A program made the translations under genes and the position numbers. The notes beneath the pieces were generated by a model that saw only the letters and a program-made list of their open reading frames with translations, was not told the origin of the DNA and did no database searches. From Octopus bimaculoides (Eukaryota), in the NCBI RefSeq assembly GCF_001194135.2, contig NC_068993.1:19134712-19198711 (forward strand): 64,000 bases of DNA, written 5' to 3'. Positions 49,791 through 63,414 of this stretch are shown piece by piece. Every line of letters begins with the position of its first letter. The stretch's first letter is position 1.

Positions 49791-50116
49791 GACAAATTTG
49801 TGTATACGTTTATCAACATGTACATACGCGAACACAACGCGCATACACGCAACACACTAATACATTCGTGTGTAAGCACGAATACATTTGTATAAGTTGA
49901 TTACCGAGGTAGAATGCCATAACATTTAGGGAAGATTGCAAGATTAGTGTTGTTCAAATCAATCACTTGACTTCACTTTATCACCAGATAGGTACGTTTC
50001 GTTGTTTAGGAAGCATAAAGGCAAGAGAGACACAAAAAAGATGATGGAAAATGAAATGTTTCAGAAAGAAAAGGGAGAAGAGTGGAAGTGGTAGGTCGGA
50101 TACGACGTAAGAGGGA

Positions 50117-50140
50117 AACAACAACAACAACAACAACAGA

Positions 50141-50202
<62 letters not shown>

Positions 50203-50444
50203 TGATAATAATGATAATAATAAGTAATAGTAATAATAATAATAATAATAATGATATTAGTAATAATAATAACAGTAATAATAATGATAATAATAATAAT
50301 AATNNNNNNNNNNNNNNNNNNNNNNNNNNNNNNNNNNNNNNNNNNNNNNNNNNNNNNNNNNNNNNNNNNNNNNNNNNNNNNNNNNNNNNNNNNNNNNTAG
50401 TAATAATAATGATATTAGTAATAATAATAACAGTAATAATAATG

Positions 50445-50508
<64 letters not shown>

Positions 50509-50634
50509 TAATAATAATAATGATGATAATAATGATAATAATAAGTAATAGTAATAATAATAGTAATAATAATGATATTAGTAATAATAATAACAGTAAT
50601 AATAATGATAATAATAATAATAATAATAATAATG

Positions 50635-50693
<59 letters not shown>
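50117..50693. repeat. (AAC)n-(AAT)n microsatellite with compound sub-units, spanning a gap
   Basis: Read directly; source of the poly-I/L/N ORFs. Confidence 0.95.
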
Positions 50694-50694
<1 letters not shown>

Positions 50695-51108
50695 CCCGGA
50701 TGCAGTACCAGATAGTGGCTCTCATAGCATCTGATTTTAATTGATTGTAAGCGTTATCATGTACATTCTTTTGTCTTGGTATAAAAAGATGGGCTACAGC
50801 AAGTATTCTGCTCAATACCACAGATTTGCTTGTCAGTTGTTTGACCTTAATCAGTTGAGCGTGTCCCTTGGTAGCTGACGATATGTGCATCTTTGATCAT
50901 GAGTAGAAGTAGTGGGGGAGCATCATAGTCATGTGTTGAGAGGAATTCTTTGGGGTTTGGATAATTCACCTTTGGAAACATGGGTGTTTTTCTTAACATC
51001 CTTAAACAAACCTTATTCAGGGACCTTTTGAGCGGGATGGGCTACTCGATCTGAAGGAAATTCTAACTGGGCCCCACCTGCGAGGTCATGCACCGTTTAT
51101 CTTGATAT
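50694..51108. mobile_element. Non-coding interspersed repeat abutting (AAT)n and fused to a LINE RT fragment
   Basis: gcccggatgcagtaccagatagtggctctcat..ctgggccccacctgcgaggtcatg..tttatcttgatat resembles, from memory, a high-copy AAT-associated octopus repeat; orientation and class not established. Confidence 0.55.
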
Positions 51109-52356
51109 AGGCATGGAATTTAGCATAGATAAGTGTGCAATATTAGTTATGAAAAAGGGACATGTAGTCAACAGAGAAGGCATACAATTACCAGATGGCC
51201 AGCCAGGTGTTAAAATAACTGAAAGAAGGGGAGAGTACCTAAGAATATTAGATTCTGACAGAGTATGAACTATAGAAGTGAAAACAAAAAAATTAGGAGT
51301 ATATCAGAAGGTTAAAGGAGTTTATGAAGTCAAAACTAAATGCTCCAAATGTTGTGTAGGCTGTAAATACTTGGGCACTATCGTTACTTACATATTCAGC
51401 AGCTTTTGCAGATTGGACCAAATCTGAATTAGCAAAGCTAGACAGAAGAACTAGGAAGGAATTCAATATGAATGGAGGACTCCACCCAACATCAGCAGTA
51501 ACAAGGTTATGCTTACCTAGAAAGGAAGGTGAAAGAGCTTTAATATCAGTTAAAGACTGCGTGGAGTTAGCTAGAACAGACATAGCCTCCTATGCAGGTA
51601 ATAATGAAGAAAGCATATTAAGAGCTGCTAGAATCACAGCAGGAAATAAGCCAAATAAAGTTAAACAGCAGAGAAAAGAAAAAAGTTATCTGCTTGGCAA
51701 GAGAAAACTTTCCATGGTAGATTCCCAAAGATAGGTTCAAGAAATAGCAAAGAAACATTGTTATGGTTGCAGAAAGGACGATTGAAAAGGGAAACGAGAT
51801 GTTTGTTAGTAGCAGCATTAGATCAAGCATTATGGACTAATTGGATAAAAACCAAGATAGACAAAAATCAAGTAGATTCCCAATGTAGGTTATGCAAATT
51901 AAAAGAGGAAAGTGTTACTCATATAGTAAGTGAATGTAGCATGCTGGTACAGAAAGAATACAAGAAAAGACATGACAACCTAGGGAGCGTAATCCACAGG
52001 GAGTTATGTAGAAAGCTAGGATTTAACTATAGTGATAAATGATATGAAAATGAAGCTAGTAAAGTACTGGAAAGTAAGAAATATAAATATTTGTGAGACT
52101 TTAACATTCAGACGGACAGAGTAATAGAAGCTAGAAGACCTGATTTAGTACTAGTAAATAATGAGAATAGAAAGTGCAGATAATTTACTTTACAGTTCCA
52201 AATAATGAGAAATTCAATATGAGAAGCATACAGAAAATACCTAAACACCAGGACTTAGCCATTGAGTTAGAGAGACTATGGAAAGTGCGAGTAAAATGTA
52301 CCCCTGTAGTTATAGGTGCATTAGGAACTATCCCTAAACATTTGAACAAATGTTAA
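51104..52356 (+). mobile_element. Decayed R4/Dong-clade LINE (late RT, CCHC knuckle, RLE endonuclease)
   Basis: DIGMEFSIDKCAILVMKKG, KSKLNAPNVV*AVNTWA, DWTKSELAKLDRRTRK, GGLHPTSAVTRLCLPRKEG, WLQKGRLKRET..LLVAALDQAL, CRLCKLKEESVTHIVSEC, EYKKRHDN, DFNIQTDRVIEARRPDLV, QDLAIELERLWKV..PVVIGALGTIPK. Confidence 0.92.
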
Positions 52357-53199
52357 CTATACCACCGCAACGTAACTATAAAATTTACTGAATATCTGAA
52401 ACATTGATTTGTCAAGTGACACCAGAGAAAGGAGACAAATCATATGAACTACACCTTGGTCGTACAAAGAGTAAATGTGCGGCTGTGAAACATAGGTACA
52501 GTATCGGAGCAGCTTTATGTGCATTCGAAACCCCTGTATTGCTTTCTGATTGTGGTATCCTCTGATTGCAGTTTTGGCTGAGGTTCATCTCTTCTCAATA
52601 TTTTCACTTCAAGGTATGGAACAAAGTAAATTTGACTCCATTTATTGTAGCGGCCCTGATCCAACGGCCAATGTCTGCTGAGAAACAATTGCTCTCTTGA
52701 GTAGAGATGCAATAACAACGATTTATCAACGCTAAACTTTTGTTCTGTGACTACCTCGCATTTAGTCACGGATTACTTCACATCCTCTCTCGCTCTCTCT
52801 TCCCCATATCTCTCCACTTTTCTTTCCCTTCGTCTCTCTCTCTCACTCTTCCCCTCTCTCTGCCTTGGTGTGTAGGAAAGCTCCAGAGCATTTCTTCTAC
52901 TTTTCTCTTTTGCATTGAAGGAAAAAAAAATCTCCAGGTTAGTTTTCTGCTAACAAAGATTCAAATCGATTTTCTCCCCGTATATTCAAATCTGGGTAAC
53001 ATACTTCAGGTGATGAGTAAAAGTATATTTAATAAATGACAAAAGGCATTACCTTTAATGATAGTTGTTGTGATGACAATCAAGGGAGATAACACTGAAA
53101 TATCTTGATTACTAACTGGATGTTTATTCAACGTGGAAATTATTTTACACTTCCTGCTAATTCCACAATGTTTACAGTCTAAACCGTGGTAGATTACTT

Positions 53200-53320
53200 G
53201 ACTCTCTTGACAACGAGCATTCAGTTGCTCAACCAACTGAAGTTCTACACATCACATTAATGCGTCAGTGGCTGAGTGTCTCACAGACACAGGTACACTT
53301 AACGCAATTCTTTGGGCTAA
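53200..53320 (-). mobile_element. SINE family C, 3' region (degenerate)
   Basis: cagtggctgagtgtctcacagacacaggtacacttaacgcaattct matches my recollection of the family C 3' part. Confidence 0.5.
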
Positions 53321-55928
53321 ATAGCATGTCAGAAATGAAGCAAGGTAAAATTCAAAGGGAAAAAAGATGATACGGACAGAAGGGAAGTGAGAGGATGATA
53401 AAGAGTTAGAGATAGAGAGAAAACGATAAGAAAGAAAGAAAGAAAGAAAGAAAGAAGGAATAGGACAGAAAGAAAAGACACGAGTATGGCTCTGCTTCTC
53501 TATCGATGCCCAAAAGATAAAAGGCAAAGCGGACATTCGTAAATTTTAAAATGAATACAGAGCGCCGGATCGAATATTACTTGACAGTCTCATCTTGGCG
53601 TTAAAGGTTCTACTATTTCGCTGTCTTCTGCAAATTAAATACAACCAGATGAATCGACTGCCGAAAACTGCTACGAATAAAAGAGATATTAGAGATGGGA
53701 AATCTTAGCAATGGACAATCTCACGTCTAAACATTCCTACACATGCATGCAATTATTCCCGCTCGAGATGAAACACTCTTCTTCTCTGTATATTTCTCTT
53801 AATCTCCATCCTTCTTTCTGCGTCTATACATACATCCAAACTCGCAGCCACATCGATACCTTCACTCATGCACTCACACATAATATGTGTGTGTGCGTAG
53901 TTGTAAAGACATAAAAGTAAAGATTCAGTGAAATTGATAAGAAAAAGGATGAAATAGATTTCGGTATAGTCTACACTAGTAGCATTATCTAACCGAAATA
54001 ATTATTTTAAATTATCTTGTAATCTAGAAATATCCTCTTACTTTTCGAAAACTTAAAACTGGTTATAAAATCCAAGGAAGGATAGGCGTGCTGTAGCTAT
54101 GAGTGCCTTCAATGAGGTAGAGATATGTGAAATGATTATTTAAAATTAATTTTTGTTCTTGTTATTTATAAAAGTTTTCTGATGCTAGATGGATGGTTTT
54201 ATCGCGATGAATTATATCTCTTGCGAAATAAAAATCAGCTTCATTTAGATTTTTAAAAAGTATTGCCGAAAGGAAGGTAAGTATTATTTCTCTTGCGAAA
54301 CAAGTATGAGCTTAAGACACATAGTTAAACAAATATTACTTCATTTATCTGGGAATTTGGTTTAAAGATTACTATCTAGACTCACCTTTCAAAAGTTAAT
54401 TTCCTCGACATAATTTTAGTTAGATTTAGAGGCTAACAAATATTCCCCAATAACCCAAAGAACACAAAAACTATAACACCGAGAAATGCAGAAGCAATAA
54501 CAAAACCAAAATCTGGTGTGGAAAGAACAAAAACAACAAAAAGAGACTTAAACAACAACAACGATGAAAGATGAAACAACCACATGCGTAGAAAGGCCTG
54601 AAACCATAATTAATCAGCGAATCGCTAAATTGTGCAGTCCTTCGAGAAGTCATTAGAATACGTACGTTACAACAAAGAAAAATCATTTGCATTGAATGAA
54701 GGTGTTGGAAGAGTTTTATGCAAAGAACTGTCGCTTCGTGAAAATGTCTTAAAAAATACTTTTTCAAGACATTTCCCTAACAAAATTCCCGAGAAACAAG
54801 ACTAGGTTGAGTAATTTTTCCATCCTTTTTATCTTCTCTTCTGCTAAAATTGCTTTACTAAAAGTTGCCTGTATGAATATATGTGGGGCGACTGTGAAAT
54901 CTAGATTAATTCGGTTCACTTGGATGTTTAAGCGTGATCTTGCATATGGGCAGTTATGAAGTGCGTCAGTGAGATCTTCAGACGACTATTTACATCCGGA
55001 TTGGATTAGTCACGTATCTTGAAACTTCTAGAGACATTCTTTGGAACATTTCGTTTAATAGTGTTATTGGGTGATTCGAACGGCATTATGGACGCATGCA
55101 AAGATTGTGTCATAATACCTGCATGTGTAGCCGATGCAAGGGATTGCTAAATCTTTGCAGTTCTTATTATACACTCCATATGGTTGCAAATTCCCCCTTC
55201 ATTTTCCGAATGAGCTAATATCTGCTTCTCAACATAAATTCCTGTAATAGTCTGGATTGTGTTAATACAGATATTAGCGAAAACTTTGTTTCACTATTTA
55301 ACAATGTAAGAAATGAAATACAAAAACAAAATTTTAGAACGTTAGAAAATTAAGAGATGAACTTCATCGGTAAAGAAGGGTTAATACACATCGACAAATG
55401 AAATGAGTATGCAAACAGGTGAGTAGAGGTGAGTTGTAATAGATGAGTCTTTCTTGGAAGAAACGAGAGTTCTCATATTTTCATCCGTTTCCCCTCGCCC
55501 ATTTTCTCGTATATCATCTGTATGCAGTTGTCAATACGTTAGTATATCTGTCACTTTATCGCAACATAAAGCTCTCTTACCAGCCTCAACGTCTCTCCCG
55601 TTTCGTCTACTTTTTTTCTATCTTTCCAATACTCTTGTTCACTGGAATATATACCTTCACACATTCACTTCTATGCAGCTAATCTTTCTTTCTTGTCACT
55701 TCCTCCTAGATTGAGTTTACTGCTCCCATTCTCTTTTCCATACGAATCCCTCTCTGTCTATCTCGTTTTAATTGATTATGCGCGAGGGTTTAGGTTCGAA
55801 TGTAAATACCAATCATTAATGTTATTTGAAGTAAGAAGTAGTTCTTGTAAGTCTATGTTACATCAGTTGTCGTTTATACGCCTGCGCAAGTAAGTGTGTG
55901 TATATGTTTACATGTATGCCTGTCTGAA

Positions 55929-55996
<68 letters not shown>

Positions 55997-57460
55997 TNNN
56001 NNNNNNNNNNNNNNNNNNNNNNNNNNNNNNNNNNNNNNNNNNNNNNNNNNNNNNNNNNNNNNNNNNNNNNNNNNNNNNNNNNNNNNNNNNNNNNNNNNNN
56101 NNNNNNNNNNNNNNNNNNNNNNNNNNNNNNNNNNNNNNNNNNNNNNNNNNNNNNNNNNNNNNNNNNNNNNNNNNNNNNNNNNNNNNNNNNNNNNNNNNNN
56201 NNNNNNNNNNNNNNNNNNNNNNNNNNNNNNNNNNNNNNNNNNNNNNNNNNNNNNNNNNNNNNNNNNNNNNNNNNNNNNNNNNNNNNNNNNNNNNNNNNNN
56301 NNNNNNNNNNNNNNNNNNNNNNNNNNNNNNNNNNNNNNNNNNNNNNNNNNNNNNNNNNNNNNNNNNNNNNNNNNNNNNNNNNNNNNNNNNNNNNNNNNNN
56401 NNNNNNNNNNNNNNNNNNNNNNNNNNNNNNNNNNNNNNNNNNNNNCCTGCATTATCAGTATCCCCTGTTTATTCACGTTCGTTTAATTTATTTTAAATTA
56501 TTTTATTCATTTGTTTTTATCTACGTACTTTTCATTCCTATCTGTTTTGTATTAATTTAATTTAATTTATTATATTTTGTTTTAAATTAAATTAAATTAA
56601 TACAAAAAAGAAAGAAATGAAAAAGTAAGTAGATAAAAACAAATGAAAATTAATAAAATTATATTAAACGAACGTGAATAAACAAGTCATACTGATAATG
56701 CAGGCACCATACACATTCCCTCACACACGCACTTACTAAACGTAGAGACACAAAGGGATATACGGGATATACGCATATGCAAATAAAGACACATACAAAA
56801 TGGCAGATCGTTAGGAAGGAGAGACAAAAAAAAAAGAAAAAAAGAAGCAGAGGACCACTGCTGAGGTCACAGAAGTGTGACGAAAGAACTCTGGCCGTAA
56901 TACAATTTATATGAAATAAAGCTGAAGCAAATGAACACCAAATATATAGTGCGTGTGTTTTCATTGGATAAATTGGCAATATGACCGTCCCCAAATACAA
57001 CAATGACTGTTTCAACACACGAATTCACATCAAGAGTCTTGCCAAACGAATATATAAACGTATATATATATATATATTTATACATATGTATATATATATA
57101 TATANNNNNNNNNNNNNNNNNNNNNNNNNNNNNNNNNNNNNNNNNNNNNNNNNNNNNNNNNNNNNNNNNNNNNNNNNNNNNNNNNNNNNNNNNNNNNNNN
57201 NNNNNNNNNNNNNNNNNNNNNNNNNNNNNNNNNNNNNNNNNNNNNNNNNNNNNNNNNNNNNNNNNNNNNNNNNNNNNNNNNNNNNNNNNNNNNNNNNNNN
57301 NNNNNNNNNNNNNNNNNNNNNNNNNNNNNNNNNNNNNNNNNNNNNNNNNNNNNNNNNNNNNNNNNNNNNNNNNNNNNNNNNNNNNNNNNNNNNNNNNNNN
57401 NNNNNNNNNNNNNNNNNNNNNNNNNNNNNNNNNNNNNNNNNNNNNNNNNNNNNNNNNNNN

Positions 57461-57495
<35 letters not shown>

Positions 57496-57760
57496 ATGTA
57501 TTCATGTGTTATCCTCAAACGATTAAATATGTGCATCAAGACATGAAAATACGTACAGAGATACATATAAATGCGCAAGCGCAATGAGTTGGGGCGGTGA
57601 GGAAAGCTGACCATCACCCACAAAAGTGCTTGGGGTTAGTAACACGTATCGTGCTTTCGATGAATGTTTTCGGTTTTTATAAAGTCGCGAAACGATACTC
57701 ACTCGCTTCTCTTACGTTTTATCTCAGGGCATATCCAGGATGTACCATGACAGCAGCACC

Positions 57761-57907
57761 ACGACTTATTACTTAGTTTCATATGTTTAGAGTGGAGTGT
57801 CATGAAAAGGTGTGCTTTGGTGAAGTCACAACGCGCTACCCGGTCCAAGAATTGAACTCACGCCATCATGATCGTTAGCAAAAAAATTCTAACTACATGG
57901 TTATGTG
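57761..57907 (-). mobile_element. SINE family C head (degenerate)
   Basis: gagtggag..catgaaaaggtgtgctt..gtcacaacgcg..cccggtccaagaattgaactc..atcatgatcg..ctaactacatgg. Confidence 0.6.
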
Positions 57908-58788
57908 TCTTTAACGTATCTGTATACACTCATTCATTCAAATAAACACACATATGTATGCCTATATAAACACCTACACATGTGTACCCAGATCGATGAA
58001 AATGAATTTCAAGAACTGGTGGTGGTGGACGATGCTAAGTTTATTGAAGCTGAAGTTTGGATGGAATGCCAATAGATTTTTAAATTCCTCTCCATGAAAT
58101 CAGGCAACGCCTTTCCATACGTCTTCCAAATTTCCACTCGTACATGCGTATAAACATTCACGCACACGCACACAGACACACACACTTGCAATAATACACA
58201 CACATATGTGTGTTGCTGAGAATATATATCCAGGTATATATGAGAATGTGTGTGAAATAAAATTGTCGTGGTACAGGTGGTTTTTAACAACTCGCTATAG
58301 AGAATATCAGTTTCTTATCAATCTCTATATAACTTAATATTTCATTTTGGCATTTATTACCTTTTCAGAGCTTATGATAATTATGTAATTTTATTTTAAA
58401 ATTTGTCACATATCTACATAGTAGTGAGTAAAAACAAAATATGTAGAAGCAGTTAACGATGTCTTTAATAATCAATTTATTTATTAATGAAGAAATATTT
58501 TCTGAAGTAAAAATAAATGCAGTAAATTGTTATAAATTTCGAGACGGAATAAAGCCATGGAGAGGGGGAGAAATAGGAGGGGGGTTGCAGAGAGGAATAG
58601 AGGAAAAGGGAGAGTGACAGAGAGAATGATGTACAGAAATGAAACAGGTAATGAAATAAGATGAGATAATGGAAAGAGGAATAGAGACGAGAAGTAGATT
58701 GACGATTATGTAAAGACGATCGAAAGCGCAAGAAATTAAAAAGAAGAAAAACTAGTTCATTTGGCTGCATATTATCCTACAGGAAAAA

Positions 58789-59004
58789 GGCGACGAGCTG
58801 GCAGAATCGTTAGCACGCCGGGCGAAACGCTTAACAGTATTTCGTCTGTCTTTACGTTCTGAGTTCAAATTCCGCCGAGGTCGACTTTGCCTTTCATCCT
58901 TTCGGGTTCGATAAATTAAGTATCAGTTGCGAACTGGGGTCGGTCTAATCGACCCCCCCCCCAAAAAAAAAATTTCGGGCCTTGTACCTAGAGCAGAAAA
59001 GATT
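58789..59004 (+). mobile_element. Best-preserved SINE family B copy (tRNA-derived Pol III head, Nin/Deu-like core)
   Basis: A-box-like TGGCAGAATCG at 58799 and B-box-like GAGTTCAAATTCC at 58861; core GTCGACTTTGCCTTTCATCCTTTCGGGTTCGATAAATTAAGTATCAG. The Nin/Deu assignment is from memory. Confidence 0.9.
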
Positions 59005-59329
59005 CTCATACAAGAAAGATTTTGCAAATGCCATGCACTAAGCTTGACCGGGTGGTTACGATTTTTATTCTATCACAGCTTTGGGCTGATCCAAGACGTA
59101 GGATAGAATTATCTTCACTGGAACAGGGCATGAATCTATCGATCTCCGTCTATATTAATACAGTACACATTATTTCAAAAAGTATGCATTCATATAATAT
59201 GCAATTTAAAGGAAAGACAGTAAGGCGATAACTAAAGAAATGCACTATACATTCACCACATTATCATATACATGTGTGTGTTTGTGTGTGTGTGTGCATG
59301 TGTGTGCAGGTACTGGGGATGTGTGCCAA

Positions 59330-59800
59330 GTCTCTTTAACTATAGATTCGGATTGAGCCGTTACATTATATATACATACAATAACAGCCATCTTCTGGTA
59401 GCCATCTTAGACATCTCGGACATTTTCATTCATTCGGTAATTCCAGAAGCCTGAAGATGGGTTCCGTAAAGGGCCCGCAAAAAACGAAGTAACTAGGAAT
59501 CCGTATCAAACTGTTTTAAATAACACACGCACACACACACACACACACACATACACACACACACACACACACGCATNNNNNNNNNNACACACACACATAC
59601 ACACACACACACACACACGCATACACACACACACACACATGGTTTCGGAACCCTATGGACGTCTCGTCAGACTCTAAAGCGGAAGGCAAATGTAACTCTT
59701 CACCTCTGGGAGGCAGGAACCCGTTACGGTCATTTCGTCAATAAATCACCAAAGAATAAATGTTCCGGGGTCAGCAAAGACGGATTAAATCCTTTGGACT
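59330..59800. mobile_element. Putative Penelope-like terminal-repeat remnant(s) around a (CA)n tract
   Basis: Opposed hammerhead-like cores at 59451-59482 (+) and 59641-59670 (-); boundaries are approximate. Confidence 0.3.
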
Positions 59801-59906
59801 AGTTCATTATGTCAAAAGACGTGGAACGGGATTTTCCCCTTGGGCTGCTTTTAGATCATAAGGACCCTTCCAGGTTTTGTTAGAGGAGGAGAAACCTGTA
59901 CTTGCA

Positions 59907-60076
59907 TATACTCGATGGGCGTCTTTCAATTTCCGTCTACCAGATCCACTCACAAGGGTTTGGTTGGCCTCTGGATATAGTAGAAGACACTTGCCCAAGT
60001 TGCCACGGAGTAGGAGTGAACCAGGAGCTATGTGGTTGGGAAGCAAGCTTCTTAACTCACAGCAACGGCTTCTCCT
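59907..60076 (-). mobile_element. SINE family A, 5' half
   Basis: tttccgtctaccagatccactcacaagggtttggttggcc..atagtagaagacacttgcccaag..atgtggttgggaagcaagcttcttaac. Confidence 0.9.
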
Positions 60077-60832
60077 ATATTTGTCTATATAGTTCAAACA
60101 CATACAGCTGGTCAGTCCAAGTTATTTTTCTCAGCTCATTTCTGTTTAAATTATACTATAATATCTCATTCAAATTATAGGATACACAATAATATCACAA
60201 CCAAATTATCTTAACCTCCTTCTCGTACATATACCAAATCAAACTTGTAAGAATAATTTCTCCAAACAATTATCGAAACGCCTTGTTATAAAAACCACAA
60301 AGGAAAGCCGACAAATACTTTTCTATTATTCTTACGAATCATTTACATGCAGAAGTCAATACCTCCATATTCGGTATTTTAGTTATTACCGTTATGCAAA
60401 TAATTATAACACAATAAAACAATATACGGCAAATCACACCTACACAGTTAAAGTAGCCACTCGAAAAGAAACACAAACAAAACCTCATACGTAGAAGGCA
60501 GCTATACAAGCTTCGGAAGTAAAATCGATTTCGAGTGACTAAACACAGAAATCAAAATAAAAAATGAAGATTAAAAAAGAATGCATTTGTCTGATATAGA
60601 TGACGAAACAAGCCGTGAAAAACTATAAAGAATAATTAGCAGAATGAGCCATGCTACAGAAAATAGCTGCCTTTTATCGCAGTCTACCATAATAACTTTG
60701 AATATTTAGTGCTCTAAAAGAAATAGTTTGTTAAATGCTTGTTCACAGTAGATCATAAGTGCCACACATATATAAAATTATAATGTTCAGACCTTACACT
60801 CTCATTCTTCTACACACATACATGCGCTTATA

Positions 60833-60865
<33 letters not shown>

Positions 60866-60997
60866 GCATACACACACACACACACACACACACATATNNN
60901 NNNNNNNNNNNNNNNNNNNNNNNNNNNNNNNNNNNNNNNNNNNNNNNNNNNNNNNNNNNNNNNNNNNNNNNNNNNNNNNNNNNNNNNNNNNNNNNNN

Positions 60998-61028
<31 letters not shown>

Positions 61029-62694
61029 GTGCGTGTGTGGATGTGTGTGTGTGCATATATGTATAATGACTTGCACTTACATTCTAAACGCATATGGACA
61101 TTTATAAACAGATTATAGTGCTGCAGAGAATGAAACATTTTAGATTATAATAATTAAGAAATTCCCTAACGGCTGAAAATTTAGCACTTACGATACAAAA
61201 GATTCTCGTATAAAACATAAAATAACGAAAATCAATAAAAGTGCAATGAAGCATACATTGAAACAAAGCAAAACGAAATAGAGTTAAACACCAGAAATTT
61301 GAAGAACTACCAATTTCTTCCTTTTAAAGCTACACAAAACCTGTTACATTTATACAAAAACAAAATATATTGTACAACAGGGATGCGTAAATCTACTTTG
61401 AAGAAACCTAAACTCTTTACGTACGCTAAACTGTATTAATTATTTAAAAACAAAACTACTTCGTTGATTCAGTGTCTCTTAGTTCATACATTACAGTTCG
61501 ATAAATCCAGATAAAGTACGTGCCACCAAATGTTCTAAAGCACTGAAGCACAATCCTTTGTTAAAATCCCTCTCTATTTAATTTGTATGTTTTCTGATAC
61601 TATATCCTCTCTAGAAAACATGTCCACCACAAGGTCCAACCTTTGTTACAGTAAGGTACTTCACGTGACTCAGTGAGCCTGAGAGCTATGTCAACGGAGC
61701 GCAAGCTCCTGGTACAACTTTCTATGACGGACAGATCACAAAATCTAGACCTAACTAATATGGGCTATCTCTTTCCTCGTGTACTTATAAGAAAATTACA
61801 GAACCATTGAGAACGAACCAAAGCGAATAAGATCTGTTTGAAGACCCATTTCCGCATGGAAAATGTGACGCGGTGCAGTAAAATCCAAAAATAAGCTGCA
61901 ACACTGAAAATATAGGAAACCAAGTGGAGAGAAGTAGAAAGATGTCCCAGAGTCGAGAAGAGTAGAGAGAAAGTGCCGATGGCATATGCACCACAGGAAG
62001 CGAAGAGCTCAAGTCGCAGTAAGTAGTGAGCTTAAGTAAAAATTATATTGAACGTATGAAAGAAGACTAGGACTTCCATAAATCATTCATGATTCCACTT
62101 ACTGACAACACATTCCAGGTAAATATTTTGTTGAATGTGTGTTGTAAATATTACTATTTTACCTGGTTTAAATACTTTATCTCTAAGAAATATCCCGACA
62201 TCTCTAAACAATCAGTGCGCCTGTAGCACCTTGTTGTAAGATCATGGCGCACCACCGAGACACTTGTAGCTAATGCATAGCTAAATAATTACGCTTCATA
62301 ATATCTTAAGATATTTTAAACCTGATACCATGCCACTATTCTGCTAAATAGTTTTCCACGGATAGTCACACAGGAGATGTAAAAATACAGGCTGGAAATA
62401 CATAATTTCTACCTTGGCCCATTCTTTCATGTGTGTTTTGTTGATTCGATCATAATAACAAAAAGAAATCGACTCAAACGAAATAATCAATGTATGTAAA
62501 CCATGGTATGTATGCTAAAAGTGATTATCTTCAAGTTGGTTTGTTATCTCAAACAACGTCGCCATTCCTCAGTTTATATTCTGGTTAATAATAAATGAAC
62601 AAAAAATCTCGGATTCGAGGTTTCCTTTTCACAAAACAGAGAAAAGTTATGAACAAAATATATATACCTATATACATATAGATGAGATGACGTG

Positions 62695-62729
<35 letters not shown>

Positions 62730-63126
62730 TATTTATGTATATATATGTGTGTGTATGTGTGTGTGGTTGTGTGTACATATACACAGGAATGAGTGGTGAG
62801 AGAGAAAGAGAGACAGAAGTGGAGAGAGCTGATAGAGGGAGGGAGAATGAAAGTGTACATATTTAAGAGATTCACGGTTTCAAAAGTGCTAAGCAAGAGA
62901 GAATTAGTTTTTTTTTTCTTTTACAGTTTCGTATTTAAATGTAAATTTGTAAAATATTCAGGATTTGTGCCCTATGAATTAAATTGTTATTTTGTATAAA
63001 TTTGTATACTTTGTATATATTAAAAATACATGTAAAAATGCCGGTCATTAGAGCGTCTGTAAATATTATAAAAGGAAAACAAATTTAAAGATGAAATAAT
63101 GAAAGAATAAATTATTTTCCATCTTC

Positions 63127-63236
63127 CATGGCCTGAAACTAAATAGTTTTAGGCCATGAAAGGAATAATTCTGCAACGAATAATTTTGGAAAGAATAATT
63201 TTGCAAGGAATAATTTTAAAAGGAATCTTTTTGAAA
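63127..63236. repeat. 14-bp hairpin followed by five 15-bp tandem units
   Basis: catggcctgaaact-aaat-agttttaggccatg (63127-63158), then ggaataattctgcaa, cgaataattttggaa, agaataattttgcaa, ggaataattttaaaa, ggaatctttttgaaa (63162-63236). Confidence 0.85.
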
Positions 63237-63320
63237 TGAGGAAATGATATAACCTGAGCGATTTGATTTATGCTATGTATTTTCTGTGAATGTAATTTTG
63301 TTACTGTTTTGCTACAGTAT

Positions 63321-63414
63321 GGGCAAGTGGTTACGGTGTTGCAGTCACGATCTTGGTTTTAATTCCTAGAGTGAGTGGGGTGGTGTGTTCTTGAGCAAAA
63401 CATTTCATCTCAGC
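63321..63414 (+). mobile_element. SINE family C head
   Basis: gtggttacggtgttgcagtcacgatc..tgtgttcttgagcaaaacatttcatctc. Confidence 0.7.

Noticed and set aside
54270-55435. Consensus-like donors AAG|GTAAGT (54277), CAG|GTGAGT (55419) and GAG|GTGAGT (55429)
   Set aside because: No convincing upstream acceptor or protein-like frame; isolated donor motifs are expected by chance in 64 kb.
58789-58880. tRNA gene suggested by A and B boxes (also at other SINE heads)
   Set aside because: No cloverleaf could be built, and the sequence continues into the shared SINE body found in many copies.
6286-61138. Long ORFs rich in X, CV/HT/YI dipeptides or poly-T/I/L/N/V
   Set aside because: They are translations of N-gaps and microsatellites, not genes.
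61690-62030. Purine-rich, more complex stretch with ETKWRE and AYAPQ peptides reminiscent of a LINE AP endonuclease
   Set aside because: The motifs are too short and interrupted by stops; cannot be distinguished from chance without a profile search.
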